Part shown: in pieces, positions 13,304 to 26,500 of the stretch
Layout: the number at the start of each line of letters is the position of its first letter
Position numbering within the stretch: the stretch's first letter is position 1
NCBI GenBank assembly: GCA_030390025.1
Contig: CM059433.1
Coordinates: 17,734,001-17,798,000 of the forward strand
Length of the DNA stretch: 64,000 bases
Reading direction: 5' to 3'
Origin: Squalus acanthias
Lineage: Eukaryota
The notes under the pieces: model-generated
Seen by the model: only the letters and a program-made list of their open reading frames with translations
Databases searched by the model: none
What the model was told of the DNA's origin: nothing
Made by a program: the position numbers and the translations under genes

Positions 13304-14205
13304 GGCTGGAATTTTCTCCAGGGAGGCGGGTTGGGGGTGGGGGGGTCTCCGAGGCGGGCGGGAAACCCGGGAGGCCGAGTTACCCGCAGGCCCCACCGAC
13401 TTTAATGGCAGGGATTGATTTGAATGTGAGGCCTTGGATTCCCGCCTGCAGCCAGTCAGATTGAGTGGCTGGTTGGCTGAGGGCGGGTAGGCCTCAGATG
13501 CGAGGGGTCGGTCCAGGGGAGGGATTGTGGCAGGGGGGTGGTCGGGAATCGTGGCGGGGGAAATCACGGGGTCGGCATGGTTGGGGATCGTGTGGAGGGG
13601 GGGATCAGGGATCGTGGGGGGGAGTCGGGGATCGGCATGGCAGTATCGGGGATTCGGAGCAGGGACAGTATCGGGATCGGGGGGGGGTGGATTTGGGGGG
13701 GTATCAGGAGGGGGCTGGAGGATCGGCAGGGGGTCGTGGATCGGGAGAGGGGGTCGGGGATCGCGGGGGGAGAGAGGATCGGGGCCGGCCTCAACATCAT
13801 CGTTGGGGAGGGAGGCCTGAGGGGTGATCGGAGACCTCGTTGGGGGGGTCTCCGATCGCGGGGGGTGGGTTAGGCAGGGACCCTGGATCCAGGAGGTAGG
13901 TATAAAGCCACTTACCTCCTGGATGCAGCAGTCACTGCCTCGGTTTAACTGCCGGGTTTCACGAATTGTGTGAAACCCGTCCCCAGGCAGCTAAATTCAA
14001 AATGGAGGAGAAAAAAGAGGCTTCCAGCCTCATTACCATATTTAAATTGACGTACCGCCCCCTGGGAGCGGGTTGGTCGCCCGGCCCCCATTAAAACTGG
14101 AAGTGGGCGGGTTGGAGGCGGGATCAGGTCGGGAATCCCATTTTTAACAATTTATCTACCCTTACACTCCAAACCCACCCATTTTCTTAGGGGGAAATTC
14201 AGGCC
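13304..14205 (+). mobile_element. Harbinger-type MITE with internal G-rich (ggggatcg)n array
   Basis: TIR ggctggaatttt / gaaattcaggcc; ATA TSD on both sides; same family as 57303-58138 (inverted). Confidence 0.85.
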
Positions 14206-15189
14206 ATAGTAACAGTGGCAAAGCAATGTATACAGTCCAAACAACCAACAGTGAAAATTTTTATTAGGGCACTCTTATTTAAAGAGCAAAATCATTCTCT
14301 TGCTAAAAATGGTGCGTGTATAAAAGTATATGAAGTATTTACATGAATAGTACACGACTGCAGTACATTTACTAACACTAGGTTGCCAGCAACTTTGTGT
14401 AACAGCCTTTAAGTGATGGGAATCTATGACAAGCTGATGATCCAGCAACACCTCATTATTCTACAAAAGGCTCTCAGCGTCTTCATCATTAATAATGATC
14501 TTTGTCTTCAAAGAACAATTAGATTAGAAATACATGGCAATATTGAGCAGGTGTGGGTGTTCCCTCTAAACTATTATCGTTTATTGCGTAACATCCCTCC
14601 TTGTCCTCTGAAATATGCTCCTAATTCTTATGTTCTTATAAGCGCAGGAGGATTTCCATAGAAATGCCGATCTTAACAGTGGGGACTAATGCACATGACA
14701 GTGAACCCACCCCCGGTGATAAAAAGCCAAATAAAAATAAAACAGCAGATCAGAAAGAAACACTGCTTCAAAATCAATCGAACAGAAGAAAGCCAAGATT
14801 AAAAAGTTTGTTTAAAATGTTATTTACCAATCTAACGGCGATATAGCTTTAAGAGGTGCAGGAAGGCACCAGCAGGCCTGCCCACCTGCTCCGGCTTTAT
14901 TTCGAAGGTCCTGGATAATTTCCAGGACACTCGACCAGAATGAGGCTAGTTCCATGGGGCAGCGCAAGCCTCTTTCCCCCCCCCCCCCCCAGGCACTGCC
15001 CCGACAGAAAACCAGGGCCCCCACTAAACCGGCAGAAGGACAGTTCCTTGTTTCCTGCTCCCCTGCGCTAGGGGTTCCACTGCTGGCACTAAGGATTACA
15101 ATTTCAACCCCATTTTTTATTCAGTACTGGATCCGGCAGTTGATGCGGCTTCCACAGAGCAATCCCATAGACCCCCCTTTGCTCGTTAT

Positions 15190-16605
15190 TTAAATGGGGA
15201 GAGATTACAAAATGCTGAGGTACAGAGGGATCTGGGGGTCCTTGTACATGAATCACAAAAAGTTAGCATGCAGGTACAGCAAGTAATTAGGAAGGCAAAT
15301 GGAGTGTTGGCCTTTATTGCAAAGGGAATGGAGTATAAAAGTAGGGAAGTCCTGTTACAACTGTACAGGCCGTTGGTGAGACCACACCTGGAGTACTGCG
15401 TACAGTTTTGGTCTCCTTATTTAAGGAAGGATATACTTGCAGTTCAGAGAAGGTTCATGAGGTTGATTCCGGAGATGAAGGGGTTGTCTTATGAAGAAAT
15501 GTTCAGCAGGTTGGGCCTATACTTGTTGGAGTTTAGAAGAATGAGAGGTGATCTTATTGAAACATATAGGGGGAAAAATTCGGTTGCTTTGTGCCTCCCG
15601 TTAGCGCCCTAAGGGGGCGCTAATGGGGCGCAAAGCAACTAGCGCCTGGGCGCGGCGATGTTTGCGCCACTCGCGAAATTGACTAGACATTTTGCGGCGG
15701 CGCTAAATACTACCGCCATGATCTCCTGCGCCCGCAGAGCGTGACTTCACGCCCCGGACTGGATATTGAGTGGCGCCCCCTGCCTTTCCGCCTGCCGCTA
15801 GCAACAACAGGTTGAGGGGAACGTTTTGAAGTCGGGAAGGGACTGGGAGAGCGCTATTTAAAGGCGACCGCTTCCTGCCTTTTTTTGTCGGCGACATTTT
15901 TGCACCACGCATTCTGAGAGAGAGAGAGACTTCTGGAGAGGGTGTGGATGGAAAGCAAGATCGACCCTCCCCTTTAAGAACTGGCCGGCGCCAGTGTGTC
16001 TGTGTTCCATTGCTGACTGACATCACATGAGCTTCGCCAGCGCTCTGAGGTAGCTCCTCGCTCCTTGGCGTTAGCGCCTTAAGAGAGGTGTGTAGCGCCT
16101 GATTTTGTGCTCCAATCACCTCCAGGGGCGATAGAAGCCAAGTTTGCAGTCGGAAGCGATAATTAGCGCCAGGCGCTAAACTTTGCGCCCGGCCAATAAT
16201 TGCGCCCCAAACGGATGATACCGAATTTCTCCCCCATAAGATTCTGAGGGCGCTTGACAGGGTAGATGCAGAGAGGATGTTTCGCCTCTTGGGGGAATCT
16301 AGAACTAGGGGGCATCATTTCAGAATACCCTGAATCGGAAATGAGGAGGAATTTCTTCTCTCAGAGGGTCGTGAATCTTTGGAATTCTCTTCCCCAGAGA
16401 GCTGTGGAGGCTGGGTCATTGAATATATTTAAGGTGGAGATAGACAGATTTTTGAAAGGTAAAGGAGTCAAGGGTTATGGGGAGCGGGCAGGGAAGTGGA
16501 ATTGAGGCCAAGATCAGATCAGCCATGATCTTATTGAATGGCGGAGCAGGCTCGAGGGGCCAGATGACCTACTCCTGCTCCTACGTCTTCTGTTCTTATG
16601 TTCTC
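15190..16605 (+). mobile_element. CR1 LINE 3' fragment, interrupted by a MITE
   Basis: ORF 15268-15612 (LVRPHLEYCVQFWSPYLRKD); resumes at 16236 (ataagattctgaggg) through to the 3' UTR. Confidence 0.92.
15569..16235. mobile_element. Harbinger-type MITE nested in CR1
   Basis: TIR gggggaaaaattcggt / accgaatttctccccc; ATA TSD; removing it restores the CR1 sequence gaaacatataagattctg. Confidence 0.9.
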
Positions 16606-16858
16606 ATTGATGGTACTAAGCCTTGCAGTCACCGGAGAGAGAAAGCACCTCAAGACAAAACTTAAAAGAGCTGCAGTATCAGTATCTATTGGAATTGTAA
16701 GTAGTTACCCTTGGAGATATTCCAGAAGAAGAGTCATGTACTTCCTGGCAACTGGCATAGAGCAGCATTGATGGAAGTTTGGGATTATGCTGCCTTCTGG
16801 ACTGCAGGACAGTTAAGGGACCCCGGAAGACGAGCAGATTTAGGATGAAAGGGATTAT

Positions 16859-17475
16859 GGGGGTAGAAATTCAGGTGCGCGGTAAAATCACTGCACCTGA
16901 TTGGTGAGGCCTGAGGTGCTGCCCGATATTGGGCCACAGGCCCCATTGACATCAAGCCGGCAAGGATCAAACAGACAGCCGGTGAAGAGTCAACTAAAAT
17001 CGGGCCAGTGCTAGCTTGGCAGCAGCCCTCAGGTAAGTGAGGGCTGGAGGTCGGCAGATCACAGGCTGGAGTCGGGAGATAGAAGGCCGTGGAGGGGGAT
17101 CAGAAGCCGGATTGGGGGGGGCGGCGATCAGGAACAGGGAAGCACTCCCGTTCCTCCCTGCTCCACATTCAGGTAAGTAAATTTCAAAACTTACCTTTTT
17201 GGTAGCAGGCGGTCCCAAGGCCTGGTTTTTCCCGAGTGCAACCAGCGTCAGCTACCTCAGGGCAAACCAATCTCGCAGTGGGGGCCTCAAACAGGCATTA
17301 GGCCCCTTACTTCCATATGCAAAGGGCAAAATTCCTGTTTCAGGCATGGGCACTGCACAACATTTTTTTCCTTTCCCAATATGGTGGACAGCGCACGTCC
17401 TACCCACCAAATTGGGGGCTTAGTAGGCCGGTTAGCGCCCAAAAAACGGGTGCTGCATGGCCAAATTTATAGGCC
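16859..17475. mobile_element. Harbinger-type MITE (diverged)
   Basis: Termini gggggtagaaatt / aatttataggcc with TAT on both flanks. Confidence 0.65.
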
Positions 17476-18867
17476 TATAGGTTTTCCTCTTCCCCACCAA
17501 AAATAAAGAAAATTTACATTATATTGCAATCTCATTAGACATTTAATTACATGTTCTCACCTGTATCGTAAAAGCTAGTATTTTCTGCATGTGATATCAC
17601 TTCCTTAATGTGTTTATATGCTTCTAGTGTTAGGATAGTTCTACTTGCACAAAGATCATTATGCACCAAAAACATTATTCTTATGCCTATCACAATCCAG
17701 CCTAATTGTACTGTTCTTCTGCAGCCTCAGGAGAGTGCTTATTCCAAGCATCTAACTATGAGCTTCACACCAGTACTGCATTTAGTTTATGTTATTGGGA
17801 TTAATAACAATCTCTGCCTAGCTCTTGAAACATTTTTTTTATTTATTTCTTGTACATGATGTTACCCTTCCAGGTACAGAAAAATGAGTAAGCTTAATGC
17901 TTCCAGGGTGTCAACATATCTTTTTGTCTAGTCATCTGGTCTTCAACTCAGAGCTGTGGACATTGGACACTTTCTAGGTAATCTCACAGTTGCAAACTGT
18001 AAATCTGAAGTGCCCACTCATTCCAAAAGCATGAAGGTGGTTAAACCCAGCAAGCTGCATCCATCAAATGCACTGCAGGAGAAAGTCATTCAGCAGAATA
18101 TATACTCTTTCAATATTCTTTTCCTATGTTTCTGTTTCTCCTTTGATAGCCAAGCCGGCTGTGTGATTTGCAAAGACAACAGGTGAAAGCCAACGGCACC
18201 TATGGGATGAAGGACCCTCTATTAAAATTACTTGGTAGTTATAGAGGGCTTTCACTAAAGCTATGAATGCTGGGATAGCTCCGCCTCCATAAATCTCTTG
18301 CTTTCACTCATTCTCCAGTAAGAGAAGTGCCAGAAATGAGTAACACATGGAGGAGATCACAAAGTTCATACAGAGGGACAGTAGATTGTGATCTCCAATG
18401 TGAGAATGCTGCTGAATACAGGAGAGTTGGTAGCTTTACCTTAACCTTCTGACAGTCAGTATGCTTCTAGCATTACTTGAGCTCAAACTAAATATTGGAC
18501 TCTTAATTTGTCGGGCATAAAGTGATGATCACTATGTCGATAAGACTCTTAAGAAAACTTTCTTTTCAGACATATATCACCCAGATATCTAATAACATGG
18601 GGATCTCTTCTCAGGTTAATAAATTGATCACGGCTTCATTTTCGAATGCCTATACCAGGAATAGAATCCACATTTTCTGATGTTCACCGATAGAAATGGT
18701 TCATGAATCAAAAGCCATTATAAGTAAATTTAGGGCAGGCTGGAGGGCAGAGCTCACCAGAGCCACCTGCTCCCATTTAATTGCTCTGCAATATCAAGCA
18801 TTGTTCAGTGCAGCTCAAAGATATCCTTAACAATTCAAAGCTGGGGCCTCCCTGATGGCTTAATAGA

Positions 18868-18960
18868 CACCACCACCACCTTCTCGAGGCCAATTAGGGA
18901 TGGGCAATAAATGTTGGCTTTGCCAGCGACGCCCACATCCCACAAATGAATTAAAAAAAA
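18868..18960 (+). mobile_element. LINE 3' tail (L2/CR1 group; same family as 35890-36450 and 62195-62455)
   Basis: caccaccttctc...gggatgggcaataaatg...gccagcgacgcccacatccca. Confidence 0.75.
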
Positions 18961-19032
18961 TATGGTGTGGCACTAGCCGTTCTGAGCAGAAAGATGCCAG
19001 GTTCAATCCCTGCTCTGTTCCAAGTTTCAGCA

Positions 19033-19217
19033 TCTTCTTCTTTCGTCTGGTAGTAGCAAGGCAAATCAAATGTCAATATCTAATTCGGATATCCAGGCCA
19101 AAGCTTCCGGTGTAACCGCGTGGATATCTTGTAGACTGCCTGCGAATTTCCTCTGAGGGCAGTGCTCAATGATGTGCTCCAAGGTCTGAAGAGGAGCTCC
19201 AGTCGCATGATGGGGAG
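19033..19217 (-). mobile_element. Vingi/Ingi-like non-LTR retrotransposon 3' end
   Basis: Minus-strand peptide GAPLQTLEHIIEHCPQRKFAGSLQDIHAVTPEALAWISELDIDI* (CCHC-type C-terminus), then an (aag)n tail. Confidence 0.7.
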
Positions 19218-21317
19218 GCTTTAACTTTCCATCTATGGAGAAAGTTTTAGCGTAAACCAGCATGTCATAAGGACAATGCTCAGTACAGGACCAACAGCCT
19301 TGCATCCTGATAATCTTGTATTTATCATCCTGATCAAGCTTCCAATCCTAGAGGCAATTTGAACTCTTGGACCACTTTAAGGTACCTGAAGCACTTCCAT
19401 TGGAAATAGTTCAGTATTGTCTTGGCTGTGCTTGGTGCTGAGCGTACCCCTTTTATATTGGATATGGCACTGGATACAGATATGGAAAAAATGGGAAATT
19501 GTACATGGACAAAGTTGCAAATGCTACTGTAACACGACTGCACGCACAGATATTTTGTTTTCACCTATGGCAATCTGCCTGTGGAACTGTCTGATGTCTG
19601 ATGAAAACCACATTGCTGGCCTCTATAGGTGAACTGAGAGGCTATCCTGCCAATAGAAAGACCCCCAAATGGAGGACATGATTTAGCTGCCACCAGTCCA
19701 TGCTGTTAATATTTTGATTATGCTTCCTGTGTGTCACTGCCCATTCTGTAACTATTTACCTGATTACTTTTTCCTGAAGCCGCCCATGACACACAGCAAC
19801 AGAACGACTTTCTTAAACAAACGTCCTCTCCCACCTATAGGAAGATACTGTAGAGGTTAAAACCCAAACACCAAATTAATGTCATCAACGGTGGCAAAAA
19901 CATGACATAGTTATTGACTCTCACTTTAAACACAAAACAAAACACAATTCAATTCAAGACAACAGACACAGTTTCCATAGATTTTCTTACAGATTAACAA
20001 TATTAAGTTGCAAATCATGGAAGTCATAAATTCTTTCAATTGCAATCAGTTAAGTTTTACTAAAAACTTGGGTAATGTTTGAGGAAGTATTTGAAACCAT
20101 TGCCCAGATTTTGCTGTTGGGTAGATTTAATGGTATTGTAACACATTTTTGAGGGAATGAGTAAAATTACTATGGTTTATTAGCCATCAATTCAGAGCAT
20201 CAAGTCAGTACCAATGATGAATGGTACTGCTTCGCATCACACTGATTAAGAGCAACTAAAGCTCATAATGAGGTGGCAGAACAATGGGGAGATTACTCAA
20301 TTGCAGTCTTCAATGACAAACTGCTGCATTAACCTCGAGTAGTATTCAGCATTAATTGACAGAACTGTATAACCGTTCTCACAAAGGAACGTTCCACTCA
20401 AATAACTTATGGAGCAGAAGCTGCGGACTAGCGTGATGATGAAGAGGAAAAAGTGTCAGTGTTCAGGACTCCAGTAATATCTGGCTCTAATTGAAAGGCA
20501 GTTTGAAGCTTTACAATGGGGAAAAATCACGAGTTGGTCACATTAGGAATTCTGAAAGATGTGAAAATAAGAGTTATTTCTCCTGCAGTGCCAGATGCCC
20601 TTTTTGAGAGTAGTCGACAAAAGTGTATGCCACTGGTGCATTCCATGGCTCTTTTGCTTTCAATCAGGCATCAGTCAGTCCAGCATTTCCACATGTTGAG
20701 AGTAAGTGAACCACATGAGGACGACTAATAAAAAAGGCACACCGTGACGGCTGGACCTCCACAGTGAAAAGCTTACACACCATCACACCCTTCAACATCT
20801 TACAAGAAAATATGAAGAGAAGGCAACTGGAAAGTGGTGGCAAAAAGAATTTATTTGCTGGATATAAATAATTAGTCATTTTTTGAATCTGTCGAGCAGG
20901 CACTTTCCCTTATCTACTCCCTTATAGCTGCCAGCAACTCCATTGCAGATGCAGGTGGAGGCATCAGAGTTGGTAAGCTATGCAGGGTTTCCGCAGGATT
21001 ATGTGGTGCTTTAGTTGCAGTACCACTCGAGGCTGCCTTGACTTTTCCGATAAGTCTGCTTGATTCTCAGGGGAGATCTTAACCATCGGCATCCTTGAGC
21101 TGCGTGGAGGAAGGTGACAAGTTGAGTAGCAGGCTTACTAGTGGGCCAAGCTATTGCAGCAAATGTCCCGAATCAGTTTGCATAGATTGTGTGTGTTGCA
21201 GGCTATTATGCAGTGGGTGAAACTAAGTCTGATAATAGCCTGCATTTCTCCCTTTGTCACATTGAGCTGAGGGTTTCTGTTATCACTGGCAGCTTCTGTT
21301 ATCACTGGCAGCTTCTG

Positions 21318-22840
21318 TGTAGTTTTCAAAAGCTCTTTATAATAAATTGTCCGTGACTACACAAACCACTCTGGGTACAGGTATATTGTGCATAAGTAAA
21401 ACAGGTTTATTAAGCATTAAACACCCAGCACAAAGAAGTAATACTTAACAAGAAGACAGTCGCAGTCTGTTCCTTGAACCCCGGCGTTCCTTCCGAGTGA
21501 CTGTGGCGCGGTCTCTTTATTCTCTTGCTGTGTTCTGTTGACTGAAGCTTCTCATCCTCTGGTTTCGCGCTGTCTTCAGTGTTCCATAGCTGTTCCTTTA
21601 TACGTTTTTTCCCTTCAAAATACATAGCAACTTGCAGCTGCTTGGACTATCTCACCATTCTGACCTTCACAAGTACGGTCTATGATTCCCTCCCCTTTTC
21701 TGCTGTGAGCTTTGAGTATGAGAACTTTTACAGAACCAGACTTCCCATGAATTACGACAGAGGTCTTTTGCCTTTCCTATAGCCCATTATCTAGACTGGT
21801 CTGAAACTTCAGCGATAAGGGATGTTAGGTATTGAAAACGCTCTATCTCACTTTGAGACTTAATTAATGGGCCGGATATTCCGATCCCTACGGGTGGGTA
21901 CGCGCTGTGTACCCACCCGTAGGGACATCGGAAATGCCGGTTTCAGGCATGCACTGCGCATGCGCTGGAAACCGGCATTTCCGATCTGTCAAGAAAGCAC
22001 TTGACAGATCCTCCGGCTGCCCTGGAGAAGGGCCTCTGTGGACAGATAATTCCACTTTTTGGAGACCCTCCGCCCGCAGAAAACCCTTACAATTCTTGCG
22101 CCTGGTAAAAGCAGGCGTAAGGCCTGCTCTTACCAGGATAAGAGTTGAAAAAAAAGTTAAAAAAAAAAATTTTTTCACTGATTTATCATTTAAAAATACT
22201 TTAAAAAAAGGTAAGTTTATTTTTAGCCCCGTAATTTTTTTCAAAAATTTAAATTTTTGTTTAAAATAGTTAATTTATTGTAATTTCAAGTAATTTTAAA
22301 AATGTGATTTTTTTTTTTAAATTTATTTGAAGTTTTACAATGTTTTGGGGGTGAGCTCCATTCATATATATTGGACAGATTCCCTTCTGTGATTGGCTCC
22401 CCATGGCCCACGTGATCCCAGGGACGCTGCGAACTACCTGCGCCTCTGGGATACGTGGGCCCTGCGCACCTGCAGTTTGGAGAGGCCCAGCATCGGAATT
22501 GTGCACGTCCCGGGAGCCCTCAAGTAAGGGCGCAATTTTTTCCAGATTGCAGTCCTCCATCCCGCAGGAGGCCTGCGATCGGAATATCTGGGCCAATGTT
22601 TGTCCTTCACTGGCTTCTTGTTTTTAATATAACAGAAAATCTACACTACCTCAGCACTATTCTTGCAGTTAACATAATGTTGGCTTAATTTTACCATCGT
22701 GCTTTGCTTCCCAGACATTCGCCATTTTATACAGGCTTTTTAGGTTTTTAACATACAATTTCACATATTAAAGTTATTTAATAATGGTTACAAAATCTTA
22801 ACAATGTTTACTAATTCCTACAGGTACACTCTATCCTACA
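21318..22840 (-). mobile_element. Solo LTR (~0.8 kb) carrying a nested MITE
   Basis: TG...CA ends (tgtagtttt / atcctaca); 4-bp TSD tctg; interrupts a 19-bp tandem repeat (ttctgttatcactggcagc); minus-strand TATAAA at ~21600 and AATAAA at ~21408. Confidence 0.75.
21869..22594 (+). mobile_element. Harbinger-type MITE family A
   Basis: TIR gggccggatattccgatc / gatcggaatatctgggcc; AAT TSD; inverted copy at 27539-28285. Confidence 0.9.
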
Positions 22841-23336
22841 TCTGTTATCACTGGCAGTTTATGTTACCTACAGACACGGAAATTGTGCTGGTAGCAGTTT
22901 ATGAAGAGTTAACCAAAGTGGCTGAGGTGTTATTATTTATATTTTTTTAGGTTGCAATGCTTACATTTGCTGGCAAGCTCCCCTTCGGAGGTTACTGGTG
23001 CTAATTCAGCTCTCATTGGTCGGTTGTTATGTCTGTCTCTTTCTGTACAGGCATCTTGTTGCGTAAGGTAAATCCCTCAGGCTGTGTCTGATTTGTCTGC
23101 TTCTCACTTTTGTCCTCAGTCATGGGTTCCTTGTGGACCTGAGGCTAGGTACAATACGAGCACAGGCACGATGGGCCGAATGGCCTCCTTCTGTCCTGTA
23201 TCATTCTGTGAGCCGTTGGAGTCTCAAAAGGCATCTGTTTGCAGATGACCTTGAAATTCATAAATGTTTGATGTACCTTGACCGATAAACTATTGCGATA
23301 TTTCTTTACTTTCAGGTGATTTAAACTTTATATAAC

Positions 23337-24101
23337 GGCCCTGAAATTCGCCTCTCTGGCTTGCCGCGGGGGTAAGGATCGCGCGCGCACTTACCTACCG
23401 TGCCTGCCGTTGACCTCTGGGCCCACGGGAACTTCAGCTCCTGGGCCTGCTCCAAGTACCGGCGCGCAGTGCTTGCGTGTCCCAGGGGCGTAGTTAGTGC
23501 GATGCGTCCCCTGGGATCACGTGGGCCATGGAGAGCCAATGGCAGCAGACCATCTTTCATTCATAGATTTGACAGGAGACCTGTCAAATCTATTAATTGA
23601 AATCGGCCCCAAAAGAACAGCTAAACTTAAAATAATTTTTTTTTAAACCATCACATTTATAAAATAACTATAAGTTAAATAAATTAACTACTTTAAACAA
23701 AAATATAAATTTTTGAAAAAATTAAAAAAACTTTTTAAAAGTGCTAAAAATAAACTTACCTTTCTTTAAAGTATCTAAAAAAGATAAACCTGTTGAAAAT
23801 TTTTTTAAATTATAATTAATCAACCACTTACCTTGTTGAAAACGGGTCCTGCGCCTCCTTTTTAAAAGCGCAGGTTCTTCAATACTTACCCTCCCGTAGA
23901 AACCTGAAAAAACCCCTAAGTTTGCTGCGTGCGCGCAGCCTCTACCGTGCACGCGGTTCACCTCTGAACCGCTCCCTTCACCAGACCGGAAGTTCCGGTT
24001 TCCCGCGCATGCGCAGTGCATGCAGGAAACCGGCACTTCAGGATGCCTTGCGGGTGAGTACACAGTGCGTAATCACCCGGCAAGGGCCGAATTTTTGGCC
24101 C
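23337..24101 (+). mobile_element. Harbinger-type MITE family B
   Basis: TIR ggccctgaaattcg / cgaatttttggccc; AAC TSD; second copy at 45091-45850. Confidence 0.88.
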
Positions 24102-25049
24102 AACATATCTCAAAACTGGCCCACAAAGAACATCCTTTTCAATGCTCTAATGAGCTATTGTTTTAAAATTTTGTTTGTTTTTAATTTAAAAATTTACCAG
24201 AATTTTCAAACGGTGGAGTTTTTGATTCCAGCCAGCGTCACTTCCACTCCCTCTCCTGTCTCCAGCCTGAACAGCAACATCTCCTTTTCCACTCCAAAAA
24301 CTGTGATTTTTTGGATGATGATCTTCCTCTATTTGTGCTGGAGATTTCTGCCTGAAGCCAATCATACTCTAAAAATTCTTTTCATATCATTCAGCCACTG
24401 TCTTTTGATTTTCAAGACTATGAATAGTGTTGCAATTAGATCTGTGCATTAGGACACTCACAAGGCCGAGAGGACTGCTTAATGGACCCCAATATTCGCA
24501 CCATTTTAAAGCTTCATCTACCAGCTGATCTGTACCCGTGGCTTCCAAATGTGATTTCCTCACCTTTCTAATGAACAGTTCTTCAAAGCTTTTCACCAGC
24601 AGAAACAGCACTGGATTTGAATGCAAAGGTCAAGAGATTCATTTCCAGGTTGTTACTCTGATTGAATGTTAAATCTATCCGTGCTGGGTTCACCACTAAT
24701 GGAACACACCATGTTAACACTATGACAGAAAGGTCTGTGAATGTATTTTCCAATAAAGGTTAATGCTAAGTAAGAGAGAAGTCTGTTCCATATTAGTTGA
24801 ACTAAAACAGTAGAAATTAGCTGGACTTAACATATGGCATTGATAGAAAATCCACACAGATCCCTAACACATTACAAAAAGTACATTCACAGCCCCATGA
24901 ACATACTTGCTGGAAAAAAAAGGAAGAAAGCAAATTTGAGCTAGTAGAATATTTTTCTTCAACTGTTAAAAGAACATAAAAGCCAATAAAGTACAGATCT
25001 ACCTGAAAAACTCAGTGAACACTCTGAGGTATGATTAAGAACAATATGG

Positions 25050-25450
25050 GGGAACCAGGTGGTTGCAGTGGGTCTGCTACTGACCTTTCACCTTTGGGGC
25101 CCTGTTCAAATTTAGTACCGTGATGGGATGAGTGTTTTCTCTATCTTCTGGCTACAAGGGTCCTATGAGAAATGAGTTTGGACAGTCTCAACCCATACGT
25201 AGTGGGCATAGGCCTCAGCACAAAACTGCCCCTAATTTGACACTAATTGGCAATGTCACTTAGACAGGCTTTAGAATGACTAGCGTGGGAAATTAGAAAA
25301 AAATGCCAGACTAGTGCAATATTGGTTGCTCTTTTGCAGTTGGGGCAGGGGCATGGTGTTGATGCAAAGTAGAGGGAGCTATACTCTGCATCTGACCGTG
25401 CTATATCTGACCTGGGAGTGCTTGAGGCTGACATTGGGTGCCTGAAATGG
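25050..25450 (+). mobile_element. LF-SINE-like ancient SINE
   Basis: cctttcacct...ttcaaat...cctatgagaaatgagtt...gtctca...cacaaaac...cactaattggca resembles the recalled LF-SINE consensus blocks in the right order. Confidence 0.6.
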
Positions 25451-26073
25451 AAAGTATTCATTCTGCAGCACTGACATCTTTGATCAGAACGAACATTTTG
25501 CGAAAAGAAAAATGTGGAAAAAGTTGAGATTGATTAGTCAGAGATAAGGACATCCCTGACAAGAGCATCATTTGAGCACCAGTCAGCACTGTGAAGAGAC
25601 CAAGGAAGAAGCTCGTGGCAGCTTTCTGTCAGCATTTTCATTTTCCCTTTTTCATGATCCTCTTGCATTGGAAACATGTGTATGAACTCTGTGATGCTGG
25701 ATGTTAGTTCCACAATATTTTCCAAGTTACCTCACCCAAGCAGCCATTCTGCATGTGACCCTGGACACTGTGCCTGCCGACTATTTGACTATGGAAGTCA
25801 TTGAAGATGAGTTCAATTCTGTCCTTATGCATTTTCCAGCTGGAATCATGGATTGCAAACAGGAGTGGGAACGGTGGCTGATATCTTTTCCTCTCTAGCC
25901 CTGGAGGGCTGGGACCAATTATAGTGGGCTCACAACCATCTGCTGAGCTCAGCTCATTTAGCGCATGTTAGGGGTTGAACTTGGAATATTCTAGTTGTAG
26001 GCCTCAGTTCCAAACTACTTGCTTTACGTTTTTACTGACTTTTTACTGGGGCGAAGACTTAAATTTTCCAATT

Positions 26074-26500
26074 AGAAAGAAAGACTTGCATTTATATAGC
26101 GCCTTTCTCGACCACCGGACGTCCCAAAGCGCTGTACAGCCAATGAGGTTCTTTTTGAAGTGGAGTCACTGTTGTAATGTGGGAAACGCGGCAGCCAATT
26201 TGTGCACAGCAAGCTCCCACAAACAGTAATGTGACAATGACCAGATAATCTGTTTTAGTGATGTTGATTGAGGGATAAATATTGGCCAGGACACCAGGGA
26301 TAACACCCCAGCTCTTCTTCGAAATAGTGCCATGGGATCTTTTACGTCCACCTGAGAGAGCAGACGGGGCCTCGGTTTAACGTCTCATCCGAAAGACGGC
26401 ACCTCCGACAGTGCAGCACTCCCTGAGTACTGCACTGGAGCGTCAGCCTGGATTTTTGTGCTCAAGAACCTACAACCTTCTGACTCGGAGGCTGACACTG
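26074..26500 (-). mobile_element. DeuSINE (SacSINE1-like)
   Basis: Reverse-complement match to 257-735. Confidence 0.88.

Noticed and set aside
13465..13873. Gly-rich and Pro-rich ORFs (also 57552-58285)
   Set aside because: Artefacts of G/C-rich tandem arrays inside MITEs
18150..18234. Possible plus-strand exon after a pyrimidine tract (PSRLCDLQRQQVKANGTYGMKDPLLKLL)
   Set aside because: Weak donor, no recognisable homology, no partner exons
20589..20701. Possible exon with a ctgcag acceptor and gtaagt donor
   Set aside because: Translations unrecognisable; such site pairs occur by chance in 64 kb
21277..21317. 19-bp direct repeats resembling a CRISPR-like array
   Set aside because: Head-to-tail minisatellite with no spacers, in a vertebrate context
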